Below are positions 1 through 7,122 of a stretch of 20,061 bases of DNA, piece by piece. The notes below the pieces were generated by a model that saw nothing but the letters and a program-made list of their open reading frames with translations, was not told where the DNA came from and made no database searches. Position numbers and translations under genes: made by a program. The stretch is from a virus, in UHGV virus genome UHGV-0175271; one strand, written 5' to 3'. The stretch's first letter is position 1. Every line of letters begins with the position of its first letter.

Positions 1-19
1 GTTCACTTTTTACAACGAA

Positions 20-922
20 TTATGAAAGCTCAAACACCTTGCCTTCCTTGGGTACGACTGAACAGGGATCCTGATGAATGATGACATCTGATCCCGGGAA
101 ACGCCGTAAAATTGCCTGCTCAACCTGTTCAGCCACTAAATGCGCCTGAACGAGCGGCAGATTATCTTCCATTTCCAAATGAATCTGAATAAAGCGGGTC
201 GGCCCTGACTGCCGCGTACGGAGATCGTGAGCACCACTGACGCCCGGCCATGATGTCACGATGTCAAAAATTTCCTGACGTTCTTCATCGGGTAATGCGC
301 GATCCAGTAACGACTGCACGGCATCATAACCCATGCGTAACGCGCTATATAAAATATAGATGCCAATCCCCAAAGCAAACAACGCGTCTGCACGATGCCA
401 GCCGTACCAGGCCAGACCGAGCGCCACGAGAATCGCACCGTTCATCATAACATCAGACTGATAATGAAGCATATCCGCCCGTACTGCCTGGCTTTGCGTC
501 CGCTTCACCACCCAGCGCTGAAACGAGACCAGCACCACAGTACATATCAGGGCGATAATGGTAACCACAACCCCCACGCCGGGTTCGTTCATCGGCGTCG
601 GTGTAATCAGATGCTGGATACCCGTTAAAAATAAAAACAACGCCGAACCGGAAATAAACATGCTTTGCGCCAGCGCAGCCAGTGATTCCGCTTTGCCATG
701 ACCAAAGGTATGTTCATCATCCGCGGGCTGCAGCGAATAGCGCACCACTAACAGGTTAGTGAGCGACGCGGCAATATCCACCAGCGAGTCGACCAGGGCC
801 GCCAGAATACTCACCGACCCGGTATACCACCACGCAAAAATTTTGATCAAAAGTAACAGCGATGCCATCACTGTCGCGGCAATGGCCGCCCGACTGACTA
901 ACCGCCCATAGGATTGATTCAT
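20..922 (-). CDS. fieF: Cation-diffusion-facilitator Fe(II)/Zn(II) efflux transporter FieF (YiiP)
   Basis: 300-codon ORF with multiple hydrophobic TM segments and a cytoplasmic C-terminal domain. The N-terminus [17 protein letters not shown]... and overall sequence match my recollection of E. coli FieF closely but not identically. ATG at 922 has a GGAG Shine-Dalgarno about 8 nt upstream; the track ORF extends to an upstream in-frame ATG at 937 that lacks an RBS. Confidence 0.9.
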   Translation of the reverse strand: MNQSYGRLVSRAAIAATVMASLLLLIKIFAWWYTGSVSILAALVDSLVDIAASLTNLLVVRYSLQPADDEHTFGHGKAESLAALAQSMFISGSALFLFLTGIQHLITPTPMNEPGVGVVVTIIALICTVVLVSFQRWVVKRTQSQAVRADMLHYQSDVMMNGAILVALGLAWYGWHRADALFALGIGIYILYSALRMGYDAVQSLLDRALPDEERQEIFDIVTSWPGVSGAHDLRTRQSGPTRFIQIHLEMEDNLPLVQAHLVAEQVEQAILRRFPGSDVIIHQDPCSVVPKEGKVFELS

Positions 923-1003
923 AAACACTCCTGCCATTTCATGCCGGTAGTATAACGGATGGTGTAAGACAATCAGTGATTATGACGATGACAATTTACA
1001 GGC

Positions 1004-1030
1004 AAAAAAAACCCCCACGTCATGTGGGGG
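1004..1030 (-). terminator. Rho-independent terminator (minus strand): CCCCCAC-ATGAC-GTGGGGG stem-loop followed by U8
   Basis: Plus strand reads A8 (1004-1011), then 7-bp GC-rich stem 1012-1018 / 1024-1030 with a 5-nt loop. On the minus strand this is hairpin plus an 8-U tract, placed about 80 bp upstream of the fieF start and downstream of the cargo operon. Confidence 0.65.
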
Positions 1031-1124
1031 AAGACAGGGATGGTGTTGTTTTACGACATGTAACATACTGAATAAATTATATTTATATTAATATCTCCGT
1101 CCACAAAACGTCCACATCGACCAT

Positions 1125-1153
1125 AAGCCCCAGAGTCAATTCTGGGGCTTTTT
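1125..1153 (+). terminator. 10-bp stem-loop (AAGCCCCAGA / TCTGGGGCTT, 6-nt loop) with T-tract on the plus strand only
   Basis: Perfect inverted repeat 1125-1134 / 1141-1150 followed on the plus strand by TTTCTC. It sits 7 nt beyond the stop of the minus-strand gene 1160-1870, where the minus-strand reading has no U-tract. Either a 3' stabilising stem for that mRNA or the terminator of an unannotated plus-strand transcript. Confidence 0.4.
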
Positions 1154-1159
1154 CTCAAC

Positions 1160-1870
1160 CTATTTTTTGAATTTATTCTGAAGATACTCGACTAAGTACT
1201 CGAAAAGTTTACTAATTGGTGTTGAGATCTGCGCCAATGTATTATTCTTCTCTTCTGCTTCTTCTTCCCTAAACAACGCCCGCATTAAAGCAATCGCAAG
1301 CGTTAACCCCACCCCAAGAATGAATGCAATGAGAGTTATCATGGGACTAATAGATAACCAGTTTGTCGTTTCCAAAAATTTTTCTATGAGGCTATTACGC
1401 TGCTGGGCTGCTTGAGTACTAAGTTCTCTAGCCGTTTCACGAGCATGATACAAACTCTCAGGGGGCGAAGGTTGAGCCGTGAAAACAAACTCACTAATTG
1501 CTTTGGGTGAAGACTCATCTACAACCCTCACCATTGCCTCTTTCACATCCTGCTTAGTTTTTAGCATATTGACAGTAAGGCATACCGACATGATTGCGCC
1601 AATAAGCAAAAACAGAGCGCTTGCCCCTACAGTAAAACGAAAGAGCCATTTACGCATATTGCGTCTATCTTCATGGTTTTCAGCACGATGACGCACATTC
1701 TCAGTACTTTCAGGTAAATTCGCTAAGGGAAATGACGGGTCTGGCGGCCCGACCACTATAGGTTCGCCAAATTTAATTGATTCTCCACCTTCATTTTTTG
1801 TCTCATTATGAGTTGGTTGAGTGCCTGATGTTGCTGTATTTGGGGAATTGTTAGATGATTCTTTAGACAT
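1160..1870 (-). CDS. Two-TM membrane protein of unknown function (second gene of the cargo operon)
   Basis: 236-aa ORF with ATG start. The N-terminal ~80 aa are hydrophilic and low-complexity (Ser/Thr/Asn/Pro/Glu-rich), followed by a basic patch RRNMRKW and TM1 (FRFTVGASALFLLIGAIMSVCLTV), a ~100-aa predicted periplasmic segment, TM2 (ISPMITLIAFILGVGLTLAIALMRALF) and an acidic/basic C-tail. Strongly AT-rich: hand counts on two 60-nt samples gave about 27% and 40% GC, against about 55% in a tail-gene sample. No family recognised. Confidence 0.6.
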   Translation of the reverse strand: MSKESSNNSPNTATSGTQPTHNETKNEGGESIKFGEPIVVGPPDPSFPLANLPESTENVRHRAENHEDRRNMRKWLFRFTVGASALFLLIGAIMSVCLTVNMLKTKQDVKEAMVRVVDESSPKAISEFVFTAQPSPPESLYHARETARELSTQAAQQRNSLIEKFLETTNWLSISPMITLIAFILGVGLTLAIALMRALFREEEAEEKNNTLAQISTPISKLFEYLVEYLQNKFKK

Positions 1871-1875
1871 AAAAA

Positions 1876-1900
1876 AGCCACCGAATTCAATTAGGTGGCT
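1876..1900 (-). promoter_or_regulatory. Intergenic stem-loop (AGCCACC / GGTGGCT, 11-nt loop) sequestering the downstream gene's Shine-Dalgarno and abutting its ATG
   Basis: 7-bp inverted repeat 1876-1882 / 1894-1900. On the minus strand the 3' arm contains GGTGG, the only SD-like sequence for the ATG at 1870, and is followed by U5-6 immediately before the ATG. It therefore looks like a partial intrinsic terminator or attenuator plus a translational block between the peptidase and membrane-protein genes. Confidence 0.4.
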
Positions 1901-1937
1901 TCATTTTAGTTTGAAAAGCATTCAGTATCTATAACTG

Positions 1938-2423
1938 TTATAGATAACCTAGATTTTTCATGCGCCAGTACATAGCTTCTTCTGATACGTCAAAGCGGCT
2001 AGCTAATGCTGAAACCGCATATACTTTTTCTCTATTGATCAACGTAGCGATCGCATCTTCTGGCATAAGAAGTTCAGCAGCGAAGCGATTAGCGTCTTTT
2101 TCTTCAACATAATTCCCATCATTCCAAGCGGGGTTTGAGTATTCCCTCAACTTCCGCCCGTTACGGGTATGCCCAAGGACATGATGCCCAAGCTCATGAG
2201 CTAGCGTAAAACGAATCCTGCTATGAGGATCTGAAGTGTTATATGAGATTACATAGCGACCTTCAGGTGTAATCTCAGCAAACCCACATTGATTTGAATT
2301 GCTTCCATCAGGAACCAACGGTGTTACTTGAATTCCCATTTTGTGTGCAATCAGGTCTGGTCGCACTGGCAAGCGACCATCCCAATGGGAATTAAGCACA
2401 GCTTTTACTGCGTTAAATTCCAT
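1938..2423 (-). CDS. ImmA/IrrE-family (M78 / DUF955 / COG2856-like) zinc metallopeptidase, stand-alone with no HTH domain
   Basis: 161-aa ORF with ATG start and an AGGGAGA SD 8-12 nt upstream. Contains the family-typical RFTLAHELGHHVLGH (HExxH) zinc motif followed by the conserved E..ANRFAAELLMP segment. AT-rich like its downstream partner. Its stop codon lies inside a 21-bp perfect palindrome (1926-1946). Confidence 0.8.
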   Translation of the reverse strand: MEFNAVKAVLNSHWDGRLPVRPDLIAHKMGIQVTPLVPDGSNSNQCGFAEITPEGRYVISYNTSDPHSRIRFTLAHELGHHVLGHTRNGRKLREYSNPAWNDGNYVEEKDANRFAAELLMPEDAIATLINREKVYAVSALASRFDVSEEAMYWRMKNLGYL

Positions 2424-2673
2424 CGTTCAAGTCTCCCTTGTCATCGGTATGATATTTGTATTAAGCCGAAACAGCTTCCGTAAAACAAAATGTACTACAT
2501 ATTTGTCCAGTAGTAACGATTTTCATGCAAAAAAACATTGACTTTTCCGTAATGAACTGAATTTTAATGATAAATATATTATTCCATTCAGACCGCCGTC
2601 TATATACACCACCCCATCTTAAATGTCAACAAAATTATCTCGTTGCTTTTAAAATTTAAGTCGCCCATCGGGA

Positions 2674-2946
2674 AACCATCACAACCATCACCTCCCTTAA
2701 AAACACAACTTAACCATATGATTATCATGAATAAATATTGTGACGGTAAAACCATCACAAAACGTAACGCAAACCATCACACCCAATAAATTCAGTAAGT
2801 TATAAAACAGAGTTGTGATGATTTAAGACCGTCACACTGTGATGCTGTTGTGATAGTTTTGTGATGGTTTCCAATACGCAAATTTAATTATATATCATAT
2901 AGATATATGCCATTTTTAAATCTTGTGACGTTTGTGATGGTTTTCC
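2674..2946. repeat. Iteron-like array: at least 12 copies of an 8-9 bp motif (TGTGAYGG, or its complement CCRTCACA) in both orientations around AT-rich cores
   Basis: Copies read as AACCATCAC/CCGTCACA on the plus strand at 2674-2682, 2683-2691 (perfect tandem), 2750-2758, 2772-2780, 2829-2836, with a degenerate copy at 2712-2718. Copies read as TGTGAYGN at 2739-2746, 2814-2821, 2838-2845, 2849-2856, 2860-2867, 2924-2930, 2933-2940. GGAAACCATCACAA (2671-2684) is the exact inverse of TTGTGATGGTTTCC (2859-2872). A very AT-rich tract lies at 2873-2920. No ORF of 60 aa or more in the region. Confidence 0.75.
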
Positions 2947-3570
2947 GATAGCCCCCATAACTTTTTGAAAAAATCAGAACTGGTCAGAAATCACCCTGAT
3001 TTGTTGGTGGTTTTGTATATCTATCTGTTAGTGACTTGGACACTGGAGCATGCATGTTAATGCAGGTATGGCGATGGTTCAGGCTGTGCAAAGTATTTCA
3101 GTTGCGCATTTCACTGCCATTCCGTGCCAGAGCACGTCAGTTAAGGCCTGGACACTTTCCCCACTTACGTGATCCCGCAGAGATTGTTCCGACAAAAGTC
3201 ACGTAATCGCTGTTAACCCCGCATGAAACCCGGCACCGGCATTTTTCACCCACAGCCGGTAATCGCACAAAAACTGAAATCCTTGAAATCTGTTTCACAT
3301 ATTTCAGTCGGTGAACTACCGCCAAAGCCCCAGCGCTGGCACAGTCTGGCGATGTGTTTTGTACCCCCAGAAAAACTGAAATCATTCTCAACACGAAAAC
3401 CGCAGGCGGGTGCGGTGTAGCGCCGTTTTCGTCACTTCCGCCGTTATTTCGTCGTGGCAGGCTGCATCAGCGCCTTGCTGTGCTTTTAAAGCTAATTAAG
3501 TTGGGATGGAGCGGGTGTAGATACTGGCGGCGCTCAGAATGCGTCTGGTGAGGTCTGGTGGGTGCGATAA

Positions 3571-3589
3571 AGCCCGCATGACGCGGGCT
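3571..3589 (-). terminator. Stem-loop (AGCCCGC-ATGAC-GCGGGCT) just downstream of the last tail-operon gene; weak U-tract
   Basis: 7-bp stem with 5-nt loop lying 11 nt past the stop of the 567-aa gene. The minus-strand downstream sequence is UUUAUCG, so it is at best a weak intrinsic terminator. Confidence 0.35.
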
Positions 3590-3599
3590 GGTTGAGAAA

Positions 3600-5303
3600 T
3601 CAGGCGATAATGTTCTGATACTTGCTCCGAGTCTGCCCGGCTTTCGTCGCCGTCTGTGTGAACGCGGCTGCATTAGTTGGAGTCCCAACTGTGGGGTGCG
3701 AATGGTTCGCACATTGCTGCGCCAGCTCTGCCAGTAAATCAATGGTGTCCAGCATCATGGTCAGGGCGTTGATACTCTCGCTGCCAATATGGACTGTTGC
3801 CCCCATGACCTGCTGACCGCCAGCGGCCACTGATTTACGCAGTGCGGCAATCTTCTCTGTCAGGCTTTCGCCAACCTCCACGGCTACAGCACCGCCCACT
3901 TTAGTGGACTGCTGTCCTGCTATGTCCGTTTCTTCGTTTCCTTCAATACTGGCCAGCCTGTTACCTTTCACCGCCTGGCTATAATCACCGGCGCTTACCT
4001 GCTGGATGGCTCCGGCCAGCAGTGTGGCGGTTCCCAGTACCGTGGTTTTGTCCGTGGCTTTCACCGTGGTTTCACGGCTGACCAGTTCGCGCTGTTCCGT
4101 ATCGGCTTTTACGGTTCGCGCCATCGATGTTTCACTGATGGTTTGATCGGTCTGCCTTACCCAGTCTCCAGCCTGAGTCACCCTCTGGGATACTTCTTCC
4201 CTCTGCTGCTGCAATTGCTCACCGGGTTTAACGTCCGGCAGGCTGGTACCATCCGGCAGCGTCTGCCTGATAAAGGGTTTATCCGGTCTGCCTCCCGTGA
4301 ATGCAACCTCAACCAGCGTCCCTTCTGGCGGAAACTGAAACATACCTGAATCATTCCCGGCCATTGGCACCGGCAGCGGCACCGCTGAGTAAACAGGCGT
4401 CTGATTGTCCGGGTTTCCGTCTGCGTCAAGCAGCTGAACGTCCACGGCATAACGTGGGCGGAATGGATCGGCAAAATTACCACTTTTCACGGGTTCAGTA
4501 TGTGCCACCACTCTGGCCATCTTTGGCAGATGAAGCCCGGAAGCCAGTTCCGGATAATGGCTCTCAATCTGTCGTTGTGTCGGTGTTTTCTGGAGGGGGC
4601 TGCCTGTGACGCGGTTCCGGGGTGTCCAGGTGATAGTCATCGTGTCATTTGTAAGATGGACTTTGGTGACCCGTTCACCGTTAAGCTCAACGCCGGGTCG
4701 TATCGTCTGGATCACCGGTAACGTTATGGTATTCCCGCCAGCAGCCCCCTGGCTGAACTCTGCCGGCACTTCGACCGGACGACCGGTAAACAGTGACTTT
4801 TCAGCACCGCCGACGTAAAGCGAACCATCAGGCAACTGGTACCAGATGTAATCCTGGATACTGAATGCCCTGCCCAGGTTGTTCAGCAACTGATAGCCGG
4901 TACCGTTATGGGTGAAATGGGGGATCGGAGTATCGCTGTAAGACACATCGGGTACACTGACACCGATCCCGCTGTTTTCCGTCAGCCAGCCGGCCACATC
5001 CCTTAATGTCGGGTGCTGAAATGAACATGGCCACATCCTTTCAAAAACACCGGCCAGCTCACGAATGAACAGACGCTGATAACCGTTTTCAGCTGGTTGT
5101 GAACGTTCAACATAACCGGTAAACCAGCGCAAAAGCAGGTCGGTATATCCCACATCCAGCCGCACCAGTTTCCCGGTATAATCAGTGGTTGTCTCTGCGG
5201 TAATAAATCCCCGACCGCAACTGTTAAGCTCCAGTACCAGGCTGGCATCAGCCAGATGCACTTCATCCGTTGAAAGGTAAAGACGTTTAACTGGTTTCAT
5301 CAT
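3600..5303 (-). CDS. Phage tail/baseplate protein, unassigned (candidate hub/gpD-like component by elimination)
   Basis: 567-aa ORF at typical phage GC. Its ATG overlaps the upstream gene's stop (TAATG), so it is translated as part of the tail operon. No motif recognised; the assignment rests only on hub, spike and tube-initiator functions being otherwise missing from the module. Confidence 0.5.
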   Translation of the reverse strand: MMKPVKRLYLSTDEVHLADASLVLELNSCGRGFITAETTTDYTGKLVRLDVGYTDLLLRWFTGYVERSQPAENGYQRLFIRELAGVFERMWPCSFQHPTLRDVAGWLTENSGIGVSVPDVSYSDTPIPHFTHNGTGYQLLNNLGRAFSIQDYIWYQLPDGSLYVGGAEKSLFTGRPVEVPAEFSQGAAGGNTITLPVIQTIRPGVELNGERVTKVHLTNDTMTITWTPRNRVTGSPLQKTPTQRQIESHYPELASGLHLPKMARVVAHTEPVKSGNFADPFRPRYAVDVQLLDADGNPDNQTPVYSAVPLPVPMAGNDSGMFQFPPEGTLVEVAFTGGRPDKPFIRQTLPDGTSLPDVKPGEQLQQQREEVSQRVTQAGDWVRQTDQTISETSMARTVKADTEQRELVSRETTVKATDKTTVLGTATLLAGAIQQVSAGDYSQAVKGNRLASIEGNEETDIAGQQSTKVGGAVAVEVGESLTEKIAALRKSVAAGGQQVMGATVHIGSESINALTMMLDTIDLLAELAQQCANHSHPTVGTPTNAAAFTQTATKAGQTRSKYQNIIA

Positions 5304-5848
5304 TAACCCAAAGCATCATTGACGGGCTTCAGCACCTTGCGTTCAAACCACGTCAGTTTTTCTTCATCTTCTCCGGCCGTCTGACCACCGGATTGTTCCG
5401 CGCTGCCGGTTGTCTGTTTTTTCGCAGTGGTTTTGCCGGTTGATCTGGCTTCCCGCTTTTCCTGCACGCTAATATGTTCCGCCAGCGTGAAAGTCACCAT
5501 CCAGGACATTTTCCCGTCCTGCTGTGGTGCATCCAGCATTCCGCTGAATGTGGCCTCACGAAAATTCACCGCTCTGGCAACCTCATGCGCAACACGGTAT
5601 GTCTGTCGTTTCCCGCTACTATCGATAGCGCTGGCCAGTTCAAAGATACGCTTCAGAATCTCCGGATTTTTGAAAGGAATTTCGCCACTGATACGCAGCT
5701 CCTTTCCCTTTGCCCCCTGCTCAGATTTTGACGTTGCGCTGGTCTGCCCTGACTGGTCTTTATCCTGAAACTGCTGTGAGACTGTCACGCGCATATTCTT
5801 CAGCTGTATGGCCTCGCCGTTAAGCGCCAGTGTCGGGATCGAAGTCAT
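5303..5848 (-). CDS. Phage tail-associated protein, unassigned
   Basis: 181-aa ORF whose ATG overlaps the last 9 codons of the upstream gene, with an AAAGGGAA SD. Hydrophilic, with a Ser/Thr/Gln/Lys-rich linker. Function unknown. Confidence 0.5.
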   Translation of the reverse strand: MTSIPTLALNGEAIQLKNMRVTVSQQFQDKDQSGQTSATSKSEQGAKGKELRISGEIPFKNPEILKRIFELASAIDSSGKRQTYRVAHEVARAVNFREATFSGMLDAPQQDGKMSWMVTFTLAEHISVQEKREARSTGKTTAKKQTTGSAEQSGGQTAGEDEEKLTWFERKVLKPVNDALG

Positions 5849-6545
5849 GAATCATTCCCTTTATTCCATCAAGATTATCGCCAACCAGCATCATGGCAGC
5901 GGTGTAAACGGCAGACTGCTGCGGAATGTCCTTCACCAGTTCCAGTAACATGGTGCCGGTGTCTCCGCTGGCAGTAAAAACCCACGCTCTGGCACTCTTC
6001 CCCTGTAAATCGTTCAGGCCGTTGGCCACATCACTGATAAGTTGGTCACGCAGCTGCGTGAACTCGCCCAGCTGTTTTTTCAGCCCTTCGATATCAAACC
6101 CGGCACCCGCCGCCTTTTGTGCCTGGCTGATTGCCGCAGCAGATAAAGCTGTCCTGCTGGTTGGTACAGACAGCGGAATGGACGCAGGTAACGCTGCGGC
6201 GGTTTTCGCAGGGATCTGCATCTTTTCAATAGCCAGCGTTGCGGCGGATTGCGCCAGCCGTTTGACCTGCGTGAATGCCGGGGCGGGGAAAATCCCGACC
6301 AGGTTATTCAGGCTGGCCATAAAGTTTTCCTGCGTCTGTCCGGTGACCATCATAATCACCACATCCGCATTCCCCCCTGTTCCGGCCAGGCGTTCAGCAA
6401 GATAGCGAACGGCATTAACCGGGCTGAGATATGCTCCGTTCGCTGTCTGCTGCCCCAGCCCATAAATCCATGGATGCGCAGGGACGATAGAACAATTCAG
6501 CGCAGCAACAGAATCCGTGAAGGCCAGACGTGCTTCACGCCACAT
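5820..6545 (-). CDS. Phage tail-associated protein, unassigned
   Basis: ATG at 6545 preceded by GGAGG, overlapping the stop of the tail fiber assembly gene (so I prefer it to the track start at 6581). 241 aa, Ala-rich. Function unknown. Confidence 0.5.
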   Translation of the reverse strand: MWREARLAFTDSVAALNCSIVPAHPWIYGLGQQTANGAYLSPVNAVRYLAERLAGTGGNADVVIMMVTGQTQENFMASLNNLVGIFPAPAFTQVKRLAQSAATLAIEKMQIPAKTAAALPASIPLSVPTSRTALSAAAISQAQKAAGAGFDIEGLKKQLGEFTQLRDQLISDVANGLNDLQGKSARAWVFTASGDTGTMLLELVKDIPQQSAVYTAAMMLVGDNLDGIKGMIHDFDPDTGA

Positions 6546-7122
6546 TTCCAGGCACCTCCGGCCACACAATTTCCGGCGCATCTTCCGGTTGAATACGGTT
6601 CAGTAAAACGCGGTATTTTTTCCATGCGGTAAGCAGCAGTGCTTCTTCTTCGGTCGCCATGTCTAAATCTACGGCATCCTGCAATGTGGCAATGGCATCA
6701 TTGGCCTGTTTAAGCAGTCTTTTCTTTTCTGCATCTGCCTCGCTGACTAATGCAGTTCGCATGGCCTCCGCATCATCCACCCACGCCTTTCCATTCCATT
6801 TTTGCCAGGCATTAGCCGGGGCTGACGTGGTTGTCCCTTCCGGGTAAGCACCTGGCTCGGTGATCACCAGTTCATTACCGTTTTCCGTGTCAAACACCAC
6901 CTCACCACGATGATCCTCACGGGAAATCCATCTTTGCTTCTCTGAATCAAAAATTGCCACAAACCCCGCTTTGATTGCCGGTGGCTTTATTGTGGTGCAG
7001 TTTGCTGGCAGTCCGGTATGCGCAGGAATAAAAGCGTCACCGGAACCAATAAATTCATTCGTATCGGAACGCAGGTTATAAACAATAACTGTTTGATCGG
7101 TTTCACTCATTTTAAAAGTCAT
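6535..7122 (-). CDS. Tail fiber assembly protein (Tfa / gpG-like chaperone)
   Basis: 195-aa ORF immediately after the fiber gene (TAATG overlap). The N-terminal region (YNL...F..PAHTGLPAN.T..KPP..K.G....FD...Q.W....DHRG..V.D..NG) is typical of phage Tfa proteins. Confidence 0.75.
   Translation of the reverse strand: MTFKMSETDQTVIVYNLRSDTNEFIGSGDAFIPAHTGLPANCTTIKPPAIKAGFVAIFDSEKQRWISREDHRGEVVFDTENGNELVITEPGAYPEGTTTSAPANAWQKWNGKAWVDDAEAMRTALVSEADAEKKRLLKQANDAIATLQDAVDLDMATEEEALLLTAWKKYRVLLNRIQPEDAPEIVWPEVPGNVA

Noticed and set aside
250-628. Small ORFs on both strands inside fieF
   Set aside because: Nested within a confidently identified conserved gene.
922-937. Longer N-terminal extension of fieF starting at the ATG at 937 (MAGVF-MNQ...)
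   Set aside because: The ATG at 922 has a GGAG SD at proper spacing and matches the remembered FieF N-terminus; the upstream ATG lacks an RBS.
2538-2568. Plus-strand sigma70-like promoter (TTGACT, about 19-nt spacer, TTTAAT) pointing into the iteron array
   Set aside because: Spacer is longer than optimal and the -10 is weak; no downstream plus-strand ORF; kept only as a possibility, not called.
2674-2946. Possible CRISPR array, or known transcription-factor site cluster (CRP TGTGA-N6-TCACA, DnaA box, CpxR GTAAA-N5-GTAAA)
   Set aside because: The repeats are 8-9 bp with irregular spacing and mixed orientation, with no 28-37-bp repeats and no unique spacers. The half-site spacings I measured (11, 4-5 and 1 nt) do not fit CRP; the motif differs from the DnaA box; the GTAAA elements nearby have the wrong spacing for CpxR.
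3050-3206. 42- and 50-codon plus-strand ORFs starting at ATG 3050 and 3054 (GGAG upstream) in the ORF-less spacer
   Set aside because: Too short and compositionally unremarkable to call without comparative or expression evidence; noted in a finding as something to test rather than as a feature.
940-3600. tRNA or tmRNA gene, integrase gene, or recognisable att core marking the prophage end
   Set aside because: I found no tRNA-like T-arm or acceptor signatures and no integrase-like ORF in the window; the integrase, if present, is presumably at the other end of the prophage beyond 20061.
3137-3742. Track ORFs of 65-91 aa on both strands in the 3.1-3.7 kb region
   Set aside because: Mutually overlapping, no RBS, no recognisable features (I looked specifically for an Ogr-like zinc finger or an HTH and found neither); one runs antisense into the 567-aa gene.
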